The notes below the pieces were generated by a model that ran no database searches, was not told where the DNA came from, and was given only the letters and a program-made list of their open reading frames with translations. A stretch of 64,000 nucleotides of DNA from an uncultured bacterium (GTDB lineage: Bacteria > Acidobacteriota > HRBIN11 > JAKEFK01). Position numbers and translations under genes: made by a program. Shown here piece by piece: positions 23,491 to 35,035 of this stretch. The stretch spans positions 352,001 through 416,000 of the forward strand of contig CAVZQN010000004.1 of NCBI GenBank assembly GCA_963777505.1, in the 5' to 3' direction. The stretch's first letter is position 1. Each line of letters opens with the position of its first letter.

Positions 23491-25161
23491 TTACGAATAA
23501 GTTCGAATGGCCGATTCAACGACGTCATGGACTGAAATGTGGCGACTGATTGTTCCAACACGTTGTTCCAACTGTTCAGCTCTCAAAATGTCACGAACAT
23601 TTGAACGGGTTTCCGCTAACTTTAACTCAATTCCTCTTTTGCTTAGCTCATCATTCAGCTTTCCAATCATGCGGGCTCCCGCTAAATCAACATTTGGCGA
23701 TGCGGAAAAATCACAAATCACGAATCGTGGCGATATCGAATTCACTTTTTCCAGAACAGCTTTTCTTACGGATTCAACATTGAAGTACAGCAGCGCAGAT
23801 TCTACGCGAAAAATTAAGACTCCTGGAATCACTTCATTATCGGGATTCCTTTCAATGTCTGAATAGCGATTCGTGCCTGGAATTCTTCCAAGGAACGCAA
23901 CATGGGGCCGTGAGGCTCGCGCAAGCAGCATTAAGATTGAAGCAATAGCCGCGAGCATGACGCCTTTTAGAATTCCGAAAATTAGCACACCTGCGAAAGC
24001 AACCATCGATACTCTGAACTCAAATTTGCTAACACGATAAAGATGCCGAAGGGCACTAATATTAATGAGGCCTTTTACAGCGATTAGCACAATGACTGCC
24101 AGAACCACACTTGGAAGATTGCGTAATAGACCGGTTAGAAAAAGTAAACAAAGTGCCAGAGTTATGGAAGTAAAGACAAGAGCCAATGGCGTTTTTGCGC
24201 CTGCTTTATCATTCACCATTGACTGCGAAAGACCACCGGCTACCGGATATCCCTGGCCCAATGATACGGCTAGATTTGCAGCGCCCAATCCAAGTAGCTC
24301 TTGCCGCGCATCAATTTCCTTTTCATGCCTGTCTGCAATTGCGCGAGCTGCCGAAATCCCCTCGATGTACGCAAGTAAGAAGCAGGCAAAGGCCAAAGGA
24401 ATCACGCCGTCTACATCGCGCAATCGAAGCGATGGCAAACCTAAGGGGGGCAAGCCTTGCGGTATTTCTCCAACGACCTTGATTCCGTGTTCCATCAGTG
24501 AAGTGGTGGATACGACCACAATCGATGCAACAACTAATAGGAGCGCCACCGGACGTCCTGGCAAGATTTTTTCTCCCAGTAATAAGAAAACCAGCGCAAC
24601 AAGCCCAAAACATAGTACTACAATGTTAGTACTACCTAATTGACTTAGGAGTGTCCCGACTTTTTCAAAGAAATGTTCACCGCCGCCAGGAACACCGAAT
24701 AGTTTTGGCAACTGGGTCATTGCAATCGTGATCGCTGCACCGGCTTTAAATCCCACGAGGATTGTTTCGCTGATAAAGCTGATCAAGGTGCTTAAACGCA
24801 ACGCCCATGCAACGATACACATGACAGCGACAACGAACGCTGTTAATCCAGCGATAGAAATCCATCGTGCCGGATCTCCGCCAGCCATGGTTGCCACAGT
24901 GACACCAACGAGCATTGAGATTGCAGAAGTAGGGCCAATAGCAAGTTGACGTGATGTGCCGAAGAGCGCATAAAACAGTCCGCCAATTAAATAGCAGTAA
25001 ATCCCATTTTGTGGTGGCAATCCCGCAAGTGATGCGTATGCGAGCGATACTGGAACTGCATAGGCAGCTAAAGTGATTCCAGCAATTAAATCTTTAGGTA
25101 ACCATTTGGGATTATATTCTTTGAGCCATTGTGCCGGTGGAAAGATGGAACGCAATGTCAT
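23491..25161 (-). CDS. sulP: SulP/SLC26 family anion transporter with STAS domain
   Basis: DLIAGITLAAYAVPVSLAYASLAGLPP, GTSRQLAIGPTS, C-terminal STAS. Confidence 0.95.
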   Translation of the reverse strand: MTLRSIFPPAQWLKEYNPKWLPKDLIAGITLAAYAVPVSLAYASLAGLPPQNGIYCYLIGGLFYALFGTSRQLAIGPTSAISMLVGVTVATMAGGDPARWISIAGLTAFVVAVMCIVAWALRLSTLISFISETILVGFKAGAAITIAMTQLPKLFGVPGGGEHFFEKVGTLLSQLGSTNIVVLCFGLVALVFLLLGEKILPGRPVALLLVVASIVVVSTTSLMEHGIKVVGEIPQGLPPLGLPSLRLRDVDGVIPLAFACFLLAYIEGISAARAIADRHEKEIDARQELLGLGAANLAVSLGQGYPVAGGLSQSMVNDKAGAKTPLALVFTSITLALCLLFLTGLLRNLPSVVLAVIVLIAVKGLINISALRHLYRVSKFEFRVSMVAFAGVLIFGILKGVMLAAIASILMLLARASRPHVAFLGRIPGTNRYSDIERNPDNEVIPGVLIFRVESALLYFNVESVRKAVLEKVNSISPRFVICDFSASPNVDLAGARMIGKLNDELSKRGIELKLAETRSNVRDILRAEQLEQRVGTISRHISVHDVVESAIRTYS

Positions 25162-25243
25162 CTTAAGCCTTCAATTAATTTTTGTCCCATCGACATCTTT
25201 CATGCCGGCCTGCAGTTCTTTCAGCTTTGCATCATTTGCAGAT

Positions 25244-26143
25244 TTATTCTTCTTCCACCGGACTCCAGGTCTTGTCCGGGTTGAAACGCTCCAGCTTCTT
25301 GAATTCCTCGGCTGTTTTTTCTCCAAAGTCTTTTTCGTAAACGACGCCGTCGTGGCTGACCATCAACGTCTTCACACCTGTAACACCGTATTCGGCGGGA
25401 GCAGCCACGAGGGCATAGCCCCCAATCATCGCTCCTTTCACAACAAAGTCCATTTGGCCGAGTGGTGCGGCAGGCCCTTGTCCCTTTAGTACTTTAAAGA
25501 AATAACCATGGTAGGGAAGTTCTTTGGTGTAGCCCTCTTCGATAGCCTTCGCCACATTTTCTCCAATAGGGCCGTCCCATTTGCCATCCGGATTTTTCCA
25601 CGCGAGTCCATCCTGTTTTCCAGGCGAACTAATGATGCGCTGAGCGTATTGGTTTACGTTGGATCCATCATGTTTTTCAAGTGCGTATTCTTCTTGTGCT
25701 TCCACAAAGCCGCGGCAGATTTCAATCGCATCCAGTTCATTGCCGCCAATGCGGCGATAGATGAGCTCCTGTCTTCCTGCTTTAGTGTCAAAGAACCATT
25801 TGCCGTTCTTCTTAATGATTGGAACTGAAAATGGCCAATCATCTTTGCCAACGAGTAAAAATGCGAGGTTTTTGTTTTTCGAATCCACTGAAACAGATTT
25901 TTTTTCGCGGGCGAGTTCAGCAAAAGTTTTGGCTATTTCTTCATCGCGTGGAGGTTCTGCGCTGATAACGAGGTCTTTGCCATCGGGACCGAAAAGTTTT
26001 TCCAATGCAACAACGTCAAATTTCTCTGCCGCTTCGACTAGAGCATCAGCTGCCTGCTCTGGAGTTGCGAAGGTGATCTGAGGGTTCGACGATGCCTGTT
26101 GTGCGAAGAGTATTTCTGTTGCTTGTAAGCAGAGTAAAAACAA
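25244..26143 (-). CDS. DUF2950 family exported protein
   Basis: FATPEQAADAL, RRIGGNELDAI, PYHGYFFKVL, PAEYGVTGVKT; true start probably ATG 26201 via a frameshift. Confidence 0.9.
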   Translation of the reverse strand: MFLLCLQATEILFAQQASSNPQITFATPEQAADALVEAAEKFDVVALEKLFGPDGKDLVISAEPPRDEEIAKTFAELAREKKSVSVDSKNKNLAFLLVGKDDWPFSVPIIKKNGKWFFDTKAGRQELIYRRIGGNELDAIEICRGFVEAQEEYALEKHDGSNVNQYAQRIISSPGKQDGLAWKNPDGKWDGPIGENVAKAIEEGYTKELPYHGYFFKVLKGQGPAAPLGQMDFVVKGAMIGGYALVAAPAEYGVTGVKTLMVSHDGVVYEKDFGEKTAEEFKKLERFNPDKTWSPVEEE

Positions 26144-26215
26144 TGGCGCAAAAAATACATGCGGATCTTGGAAGAAGGTTTTTCGAAGTTTGAAGTTTCA
26201 TATAGGTACTCCGAC

Positions 26216-27478
26216 TCATCTTCTACCTCCTCGACCGCCACCGCCGCGCGATCCCATACTGGATGAGCCGCGGCTGCTGCTGCTACGTGTACGAGAACCG
26301 CTGTAACTCCCGCGGGAACCGCTGCCCATTGCATTATTGCTACGGCTATGGCTGCCTGGACTGCGTGACATATCACGGCTGCCAATGTGATCGGATCCGC
26401 CTGATCGGCTGGAGGATGGACTTGTCGAACGTGGACTCGTACTACGCGATCCACTGCGTTCACCACTTTGCATGTTGCCGCCCTGGCGGTTTACTTGTTG
26501 CCGTGCACTCGACTGTCGATTTGACAATGACTCTCCGCGCGAATTCCCACCATATTTATTTGCGGTTGCACGATCCGAATACGGAGCACCACCACGATGC
26601 TGTGAGTTGTGCTGCCATTTGCCGCTGCCGCTCCGGTTGACCTGGCCGCTCCTATTAATATTGGTGTTACGGTTAAAGTTTGCGTTGCGGTTAAAATTAT
26701 TGTTGACGTTGATGTCGATGTCATTGCCGCCCCAGCCGCAACCCCATCCCCATCCACCACCACCGCCGCCCCAGAACGCGCCCATCGCCACACCGACACC
26801 AAAAGAAATGGCGGCACCGGCCGCGTAATATCCTGGTGGCGGATAATAAATCGGGGGATAAGGATAGACAGGCGGACCATACACCACAACTGGATCGTAA
26901 GTCGGAACATAAACGATCTGCGGGTTGGGTTGTTCAATGATAATTACTTCTTTAGTTTCAACAACCTTTGTTTCAACCTTTATTTGCTCGCTCGATTTCA
27001 AGTTTCCTTTTTCATCGGCTTTCTTGCGCATGCGCTGTACTGCATCCATTACGTCGCTTTGCTGTGCCAGGAATGCGTTGCCTAGATCCGTAGTCCATTG
27101 AATGTCGTCTGCGAGGCGTTTTACAACATCTGGAAGTCCAGCCATAGCTTGAATACTGGGATCCCACGGTTCTTTCATCACCGCATCTGCAAGTGCTTTG
27201 TCCTTCAAGTTCTGGTTTTTCACCAACCACTGCTGAAGCTGGACAATCTCGAGTGGATATGTGGAAGCTGCGAGTGTTTGTGCCAGCATTGGATCCGGAT
27301 AAAGTGCAATCGGTGCCACCAAAGCATCAAGCTGTTCAGCCGGAATTTTTGCAGCTTGTTCCTGAGACGACACATTAGTTGATGGCTCTTGCGCTGGCAA
27401 CGAATAGGGCACACAGATTGCCACACATAAAATGGCAACAAAGTTTCGTGCACTTCGTTTTGCGGCTTTAATTTTCAT
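26216..27478 (-). CDS. DUF3300 family exported protein with Gly/Arg/Ser-rich tail
   Basis: LDALVAPIALYPDPMLAQ..ASTYPLE, WDPSI, DVMDAVQRMR; adjacent to DUF2950. Confidence 0.92.
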   Translation of the reverse strand: MKIKAAKRSARNFVAILCVAICVPYSLPAQEPSTNVSSQEQAAKIPAEQLDALVAPIALYPDPMLAQTLAASTYPLEIVQLQQWLVKNQNLKDKALADAVMKEPWDPSIQAMAGLPDVVKRLADDIQWTTDLGNAFLAQQSDVMDAVQRMRKKADEKGNLKSSEQIKVETKVVETKEVIIIEQPNPQIVYVPTYDPVVVYGPPVYPYPPIYYPPPGYYAAGAAISFGVGVAMGAFWGGGGGGWGWGCGWGGNDIDINVNNNFNRNANFNRNTNINRSGQVNRSGSGKWQHNSQHRGGAPYSDRATANKYGGNSRGESLSNRQSSARQQVNRQGGNMQSGERSGSRSTSPRSTSPSSSRSGGSDHIGSRDMSRSPGSHSRSNNAMGSGSRGSYSGSRTRSSSSRGSSSMGSRGGGGRGGRR

Positions 27479-27572
27479 AATACACCTCGTTCCCTGAGTC
27501 TGAACTCCGTAAAAATGCAATATTGTTTTTGAAAACTTTCCCACTCTTTTGATTAACTCCTCCGTTCATATT

Positions 27573-28085
27573 TCATTTAACCAGCGGAACTTCCGATGCA
27601 ATTTGCAGATCAATCAGGAGATCGGTTTGATTTTCCAATTGTAACAATCGTGCCACAGTTTTTGGAGGTAGAACATTTTTTAACTCTACCATGTAGCGTT
27701 TTCTTAATGCGAATCTTTTATCCTGAAAATCCATTGCACGCATAATCAACTCGGCTGCTTTTTCATCCGTCATGGTCTGGTAATTTTTTGCATAGTCCTG
27801 GATCATTGCCAGCCGCTGATCGTTTATCTTGATCAACTCTTTTTCGTAATTGTCATAAATAGGCCAATACGCTTTGTTCTGTTCATCAGTAAACTGGACT
27901 GCCTTTTGTATTAGCGTGCGTTTGTTTGCTCGCAGATTGATCCGTTGTAGTTCGAGCGAAGCATCTTGATAGGTTTTCGCAGCGCTTTGATACGCCTTGA
28001 TTGCATCTTCGGTCGAAGTTTGAGCGTTGATTCTACAAAGAATTGCTGTGAAGACCACGAACGTTAGAATTAGGATTTTTTTCAT
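27573..28085 (-). CDS. Periplasmic helical protein (Spy/CpxP-like hypothetical)
   Basis: Signal peptide; FTDEQNKAYWPIYDNYE; helical; paralogue at 62755-63258. Confidence 0.7.
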   Translation of the reverse strand: MKKILILTFVVFTAILCRINAQTSTEDAIKAYQSAAKTYQDASLELQRINLRANKRTLIQKAVQFTDEQNKAYWPIYDNYEKELIKINDQRLAMIQDYAKNYQTMTDEKAAELIMRAMDFQDKRFALRKRYMVELKNVLPPKTVARLLQLENQTDLLIDLQIASEVPLVK

Positions 28086-28100
28086 TTTGCGCTCTCCTTG

Positions 28101-30387
28101 TTACCGTCTTCCGCCGCCGCCACGGAAACCGCCACCGCCGCGTGACATTGAGGAACGGCCTCGATTAAAGGATTGTGAACTTCTTGCACGCTGGTTCCCT
28201 TGATTGCGTTGACTGTGTTGGCGATCCAGTTGATTGATCGAATCACGATTGCGGTCAGTATTAGGAGTTGGCCGGTTCGCATCTCCGCGATTTACATCAT
28301 TCCAACCGCCATTGTCCCAGTTTTGCCAACCACTATCGGAGCGACGATACACATTGCCATCTCTACCTGCGTAGAGATCATCACCTTTGCGTCCAACAAA
28401 ACCGCTGTTGCCATCGGAAGTGCGATATCGCATACCGCCACCTTCCTGTCCACGGTAATGACCTGATTTCACCCAATCATCACCGCGGCGAACAGCACTG
28501 CTTCCCCAACTTGAGTAATAGTTGCTTCCTTGTCGAGTTCTAGCGGAAGTACCGGTTCGAGGATTGTATGCTTCGGCATATCCACGCGCGCCATAAGGTC
28601 CATATGCAGCGGCTCCTCGTGCATATGTTCCCGTGCTCGGATTGTAACGTGCTCCGTATCCAACACCACCGTATGGTCCGTAAGCCCAACCATTTCTTCC
28701 AAATGTTCCTGTGGCCGAATTGTACCAGGCTGAAGCACCGTAACTGCCGTAGTGAGGGTAATAATAAGGATAGTATCCACCATAATATCCATAATAAGGT
28801 GGATAATACCACCCGGTTCCCCAATAGACACAACCACCAGCAACCATGGTTCCGAAGTATCCGGCTGTGACTGCCGCCGTTACCCACTCATCATCATCAT
28901 CGTCTTCCTGGATCGTTACATAAGTCACATTGTGAGCAGGATCACTTGGAGGAATTTTGTAAATTTCTGCAGGAATCGTATCCGCAACAGCCCAGGGTCC
29001 TGTGGAACTTTTAGAAACAAACCAGACACCTTCATAGCAAAGATAAAATTCATCTTTGACTTGAATTACATCCTGATCAGTATTTACAGCTCGGTTCAGG
29101 GTTGTCGATTCAATCGGTTTAAACTCTGCCTTTCCTCCTGCATACGATACCTCTGGTGCCTTAGCTGTTTTTTTGTTGATCCTGGCTGTCTGAGGAATCG
29201 TGGCTTGTATGACTGCCTCATCAGCTTCACGAGTTCCCGGTATAGATGCCCTTAAGTTACCAATTTCATGATCTGCTGGAATTTTCTTGAAATCCTCTGG
29301 CAGTGTTGGTGTCGTAAAACTCCATGGTCCATTTTCTAAACTTTGAGTTTTGAACCAGCGCCCCGAAACGAGGTAGTAATAATAACTATCAGCAGGGTTA
29401 AAGATGAGATCACTTTCCGTGTTGGAAACCCAGGTGATACTCGTTTGCGGAATCGGTTTATAATCCGGCTCCCCATTCAATATGATTAGTTCAGCGGGAA
29501 CTTCTGAGACAAAAATAACAGGCATGTTTTCAGCTGTTAATTTCTCAGGTGGATTGCTGGTTAAGACGTCTTTCCAATTGTCATTCATTGGAAGTTTCTT
29601 GAAACTATCTGGCAATTTATCGGCAGGAGAATAGGGCCCATTCGTGTTTTCTGCTTTCAGCCATGTTTTGTTGTTCCGCAAAAAATAGGTTTTTTCCTTT
29701 TCGATGAAGAAGACGTCCCAGTTTGTATTCACAACAAACTGCAGGTCCGAATCTTTAATTGGACTTAATAGCGGTTTCCCATCGAAGATCACAAGGACAG
29801 CAGGTTTTTTGCTGAAAAAGATTTTCGGTGGATCATTTTTAAGTTCAACATTTCTTACGCCTCCCCGTTCAAGCGAAACCAGCATCCGGTCCAGATCGAT
29901 ACTTCGAACAGTATCGCTATTCAGCATGGCTCTGAGATCAGTCAGCGCTTCTTCATTTTTTTCTTTTGTTGATCCAGGAAAGTTTGATGCCGTAATTTGA
30001 AGCCGTGTCAACTTAACCAGTCTTGATTCGAAGTCGACTTCTGTTCTGGCTTGCATTTCAATGATTCCAAGCTTCGGATTGTCTGTGGCCTTTAGGCAGG
30101 AATGCGACTGCTGATCGAGCCTTTACGACTTTGTAATCAGGCCATTCATCAATCTGAGGTTGATAGATGACCACTTTGCCTTTAGCATGTTGAAACTCTT
30201 TTGGCCATTCTATCGGTGTACTTTCGGCTTGTTCAGCCGCGGGCTTCGTTTGTGTCTGTTGGGTTTGTGCCGGTTGCGTTTGTGCCGGCTTTGTTTGAGC
30301 AGTCTGTGAAAAAACCTGCTGTGGAATAACCAAACCTAAGGTTATAATTGCGAATAGCGAACACGTGAGGCTTTCGCGGAAATACAT
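28101..30387 (-). CDS. Large secreted protein (family often labelled carbohydrate-binding family V/XII), one frameshift at ~30057
   Basis: Signal peptide, WPK..GKVVIYQPQ, NDPPKIFFS, YYLVSGRWF, Tyr/Gly-rich region and RGG tail. Confidence 0.75.
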
Positions 30388-30427
30388 TGTAATTCTCCTG
30401 TAATCATTCTTAACATTAATCTAAAAT

Positions 30428-30443
30428 AGCAAACTAGGTGCCA
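30428..30443 (-). promoter_or_regulatory. Sigma-54 promoter for the leftward operon
   Basis: Minus strand TGGCAC-CTAGT-TTGCT, 41 bp upstream of ATG 30387. Confidence 0.85.
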
Positions 30444-30495
30444 GAGCCTTCTATCACGGAGCTGAGGCCGAGTATCTGAAATAGTAAAATCCTGA

Positions 30496-30531
30496 CTCCG
30501 TAATACCGGAGTGGTCTCCGTAATTCTGGAG
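30496..30531. promoter_or_regulatory. Tandem palindromic upstream activator sites (putative enhancer)
   Basis: CTCCGTAATACCGGAG (30496) and CTCCGTAATTCTGGAG (30516), 20 bp apart, between divergent sigma-54 promoters. Confidence 0.7.
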
Positions 30532-30645
30532 GACATTCTACATCTTGTTGCTGACTTTCACAGTTAAGGCGGTTCATAGTTTATTCTTATTTCCCCACTA
30601 TTGCATCTGAAATTGCTCAGATAGATGTACAACAAAAATCAGGAG

Positions 30646-30661
30646 TGGCATAGGCCTTGCT
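30646..30661 (+). promoter_or_regulatory. Sigma-54 promoter for the RND operon
   Basis: TGGCAT-AGGCC-TTGCT, about 42 bp upstream of ATG 30703. Confidence 0.8.
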
Positions 30662-30702
30662 AAATCGTACCTGAACTTTCCGAAGCTGCATCCGAGGTAA
30701 AT

Positions 30703-31947
30703 ATGAAAGACTGTTTGCGACCAATCGTAGGAATCATAATTTGTTCCATAATTTTTTCAGCATGCAAGAAAGAGGAAGCCCCACCACCGCCGCCTCCGCC
30801 AGAAGTGAAGGTCGCAGTTGTTTTGCAGAAGACAGTCCCAATCTACGTTGAAAATATTGGCGAAACGACAGGTTCAATCGATGTAGAGATTCGCGCTCGC
30901 GTTGAAGGATTTCTGGAAACTGTGGACTTCCAGGAAGGATCTCTTGTTAAAAAAGGGCAACTGCTTTATACGATTGATCCACAGCAGATTCACGCCGCGT
31001 TGGCAGAGGCTCAAGGTCGTCTTGCGGAAGCGCAAGCAAGACTGGCAAAAGCTCAGCAGGATGTGGCTCGTTACAAGCCTTTGGTGGAACAGAATGCAAT
31101 TTCCAAAGAGGAGTATGAAACCTCGGTCTCAGCCGAACAAGCTGCTTCTGCATCCGTTGAAGCGGCTCGCGCTTCGACAAAGGACGCGGAACTGAATCTT
31201 GGATATACAAAGATAACCTCACCCATCGATGGCCTTGTTGGAAAAACACAAGTAAAACCTGGAAATCTTGTTGGCCGCGGAGAAAACACACTTCTTACGG
31301 TTGTTTCAAATGTTGATTCTATTCACGTGCGTTCCAATGTTAGTGAACGCGATTATCTTAGACTTGCCCGTGCTAAAGGACCGTCGGCAGTGCAACCTCC
31401 GGATACTTTTGAGCTGGTACTTGCAGATGGCACGGTCCACAAATATAAAGGCAGTCTTATTTTTGCAGATCGTGCAATCGATCCTCTTACGGGAACCCTC
31501 GGAATTGAAGCAACCTTTCCAAATCCGGACCGGCTTTTGAGGCCTGGTCAGTATGCCCGCCTTCGTGCAGAGATTGATCAAAAACAAAATGCAATCCTTG
31601 TTCCTCAAATAGCGGTACAGGAACTCCAGGGAACTTACAGTGTTGCCGTTGTTGGTTCAGATAACAAAGTGAAATTGCGTCCTGTTCAAGCTGGAGAACG
31701 GGTCGGTTCCCTTTGGGTCATTGATTCTGGATTGAATGCTGGCGAAAAAGTCATTGTGGAAGGAATTCAGAAAGTTCGAGATGGTGTAACTGTCAATCCC
31801 ACTGTGGTTGAAATTAAGGAAACAGTACCAACGATCTCCAGCTTCGGCGACATAGGAGGAGGATCATGTCTGAATTTTTTATACGTCGCCCAATCGTCGC
31901 AATCGTTATTTCAATTGTCATGGTTATCATGGGCCTCTTCACACTGA
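30703..31947 (+). CDS. RND efflux periplasmic adaptor (MFP) lipoprotein
   Basis: Lipobox FSAC, VEIRARVEG, LNLGYTKITSPIDG; the true stop may be TAG 31853-31855 via a frameshift. Confidence 0.95.
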   Translation: MKDCLRPIVGIIICSIIFSACKKEEAPPPPPPPEVKVAVVLQKTVPIYVENIGETTGSIDVEIRARVEGFLETVDFQEGSLVKKGQLLYTIDPQQIHAALAEAQGRLAEAQARLAKAQQDVARYKPLVEQNAISKEEYETSVSAEQAASASVEAARASTKDAELNLGYTKITSPIDGLVGKTQVKPGNLVGRGENTLLTVVSNVDSIHVRSNVSERDYLRLARAKGPSAVQPPDTFELVLADGTVHKYKGSLIFADRAIDPLTGTLGIEATFPNPDRLLRPGQYARLRAEIDQKQNAILVPQIAVQELQGTYSVAVVGSDNKVKLRPVQAGERVGSLWVIDSGLNAGEKVIVEGIQKVRDGVTVNPTVVEIKETVPTISSFGDIGGGSCLNFLYVAQSSQSLFQLSWLSWASSH

Positions 31948-34900
31948 AGGGACTGAGTTTTGAAATGTATCCCTTTTTGGCACCACCGATGATTCGCGTG
32001 ACAGCTACGTATGTTGGTGCGTCTGCTGTTGCTGTAGAACAATCGGTGGCTACTCCGATCGAACAGGAAGTGAACGGTGTGGAAGGAATGATTTACATGA
32101 AATCTTCCAACACGAGTGATGGCCGAATGCAGCTTGATGTTAATTTCGAAGTCGGTACGAATCAGGATACTGCGAACGTTCTCACTCAAAACCGTGTTTC
32201 CTCTGCACAAGCGCGTTTACCGCAGGAAGTGATTGCGCAAGGTGTTACTGTCAAGAAACAAAGTCCCAGCATTTTGATGGTTATTTCTGTCGGTTCACCG
32301 AACCAAAGCTATGACGCGAACTTCCTGATCAACTATTGCAGTATTAATTTGCGGGATCAGCTTCTCCGAATTCCTGGAATTGCTCAGGTTGATCTTTTCG
32401 GTGGCTCAGATTATGGAATGCGAGTATGGCTTCTTCCGGATAAGCTTGCCACTTTTCAGCTAACACCATCGGATGTGATTAATGCAATCAAGGAACAGAA
32501 CCTTCAGGCTCCCGGAGGCCGAGTTGGCATGTCGCCTTCACCAAAAGATCAAGCGTTTACATACACTGTGAGTGCTCCTGGACGTCTTGTAACTCCGGCA
32601 GAATTCAGCAATATCATCATCCGCGAAACGGAAACAGGCGCACAAGTCCGAATAAAAGATATAGGGAGAGTCGAGCTCGGTTCGCAGGACTATAACTCTT
32701 TTGGAAGACTCAATGGAAAGCCGGCCGGCTCGATGGCAGTTTATCTTCTTCCGGGAGCGAATCAGCTTGAAGCATCCGAAACGATCTATGAAACGATGCG
32801 CCATGCAAAGGAATTGTTTCCGCCCGATATGAATTATGAAATCGTTTATGATACAACTCCGGCCGTAGAAGCCTCGATTCACGAGATTGAGAAAACGTTT
32901 GTTGAAGCTCTAATACTTGTCACGTTCGTTGTTTTCATCTTCCTCCAAAATGTTCGTGCAACCATCATTCCTCTCCTGACTGTTCCGGTTTCACTGATCG
33001 GGACTTTCATATTTTTTCCTATGCTTGGATTTTCTGTAAACACGTTATCGATGTTTGGTTTGGTGCTGGCAATTGGAATTGTTGTTGATGACGCAATTGT
33101 CGTAGTTGAAGCTGTTATGCACCACATTGAACATGGCATGGGTCCAAAGGAAGCGACACAGCAAGCGATGAAGGAAGTGTCTAGTGCGGTTATAGGAATT
33201 GCATTGATTCTTTGTGCTGTATTCATTCCTGTTGCTTTCTTGGGAGGCTTGACCGGTAGAATGTACCAGCAATTCGCTTTAACGATTGCGATCTCGGTTT
33301 TGCTTTCTGCTTTCAACGCACTATCGCTTACTCCTGCTCTTGTCAGCAATGCTTCTTAAACCAGCAAAACCCGGGCCTGCAAGGGGACCACTGGGGAAAT
33401 TCTTTGCTCTCTTTAATCGCGGGTTTGACAAAACCACGAAGGGATATGTCAGCGTTTCCAGGTTGCTTGTACGCAGAGCGATTCTGAGCATTGCGCTTAT
33501 TGGTGTGGTGATCGTTGGCGTAGGATTGCTCGGAAAGCAATTGCCTGCGGGTTTTATTCCTGAAGAAGATCAGGGCATTCTGGGTGTCAATGTGCAGCTT
33601 CCACCTGCAGCTTCCCTTGAGCGCACAAGCGCCGTGCTGGCGCAAGTCGAACAAATTATTGGCAAGACAGAAGGTGTTCAAGCTTTTACAACGATTGGCG
33701 GTTATGGTGTTGTCACAAGTACATATCAGCCGAATTTCGGCACTGTCTTTGCGCGATTGAAACCATGGGAAGAGCGCCAAACAGAGGAGCTGAAGATAAA
33801 AGGACTGATGGCAAATCTTCAGAAACAGTTCGCACAGATTCCTGAAGCAATCATTTTTCCATTCAACATTCCAACTATTTCAGGTTTTGGAGCTTCGGCT
33901 GGATTTAATTTTCTGTTGCAAGACAGAAGTGGAACGTTGAGCGTGCCGCAGCTGGGTGAGCAGACACGGATATTCCTTGAAGAAGCGCGCAAACGACCGG
34001 AAATTGGAAACTTATTTACCTCGTTTGATCCACGCTATCCGCAAGTCAAAGTGGAACTGGATCGTGAAAAGGCTCGCAAGCTGGGAGTTCCAGTGAATGA
34101 AGTTTTCCAGGCAATGTCATCCGTTTTGGGCGGCTCATATGTAAATGACTTTAATCGCTTCGGGCGGCTGTACCGCGTCTACGTTCAAGCGGAATCAGAT
34201 TATCGCCGCAAGCCTGAAAATATCGGCGAGATTTATGTGAAGAGTAAAACTACAGGAGACATGATTCCGTTATCAACCATGATGAATGTTACAACGGAAT
34301 CGGGTACAGAAATTACAACCCGTTTCAACTTATTCCGTTCTGTAGAAATCAATGGTGTACCCGGCGGTGGTTACACTTCAGGACAGGCTCTTGCAGCGTT
34401 GGAAGATACTTTCAACAAAAAGATGCCGAAGGAAATGGGTTTTGCATATAATCAGTTGTCTTATCAAGAAAAAGTAGCGCCTCCTGCCACCCCAACATTT
34501 ATCCTTGCGATTGTTTTCGTATTCCTTCTCCTGGCAGCCATGTATGAAAGCTGGAAACTTCCATGGGCTGTCTTGCTTGGATCGCCGCTCGTTGCCCTGG
34601 GAGCATTCTTTGGAGTATGGATGATGGGTTACGACAACAATGTTTATGTGCAGATCGGTTTGATCATGCTCATTGGTTTGGCGGCAAAGAATGCGATCTT
34701 GATTGTTGAGTTTGCAAAAGCCAAGCATGAAGAAGGAATGTCTGTTGAAGACGCAGCGCTGGAATCTGCCCGCCTTCGGTTCCGCCCCATTCTCATGACA
34801 GCTTTTGCCTTTATTCTGGGAGTTGTTCCGTTAATGCTTGCCAGCGGCTCCGGGTCCGGTGCTCAAAACGTGATGGGAACCGCTGTATTTTGGGGAATGT

Positions 34901-35034
34901 TGGTCGCCACTGTACTCGGTGTATTTCTGATTCCTGGAAATTTTGCATTCGTTCAGGCATTGGGAGCAAAAAAGCGCAAGCCTGTGCCGACCCCTGAGCC
35001 ACCCAAGCCAGCAGTCGCTCATGGAGAACACTGA
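31866..35034 (+). CDS. RND efflux permease (HAE1, AcrB/BepE-like), one frameshift at ~33340
   Basis: FFIRRPIVAIV, GIVVDDAIVVVE, GLAAKNAILIVEFA, RFRPILMT. Confidence 0.95.
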
Positions 35035-35035
35035 G

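Noticed and set aside
24065-24643. Long antisense or alternate-frame ORFs (this one and many like it)
   Set aside because: They shadow well-supported genes and lack motifs or RBS.
30496-30531. Paired 16-mers as a mini CRISPR or iteron
   Set aside because: Only two units with a 4-bp gap, positioned like activator sites.
33286-33359. Programmed frameshift or split RND permease
   Set aside because: No slippery site; it matches the window-wide indel error pattern.
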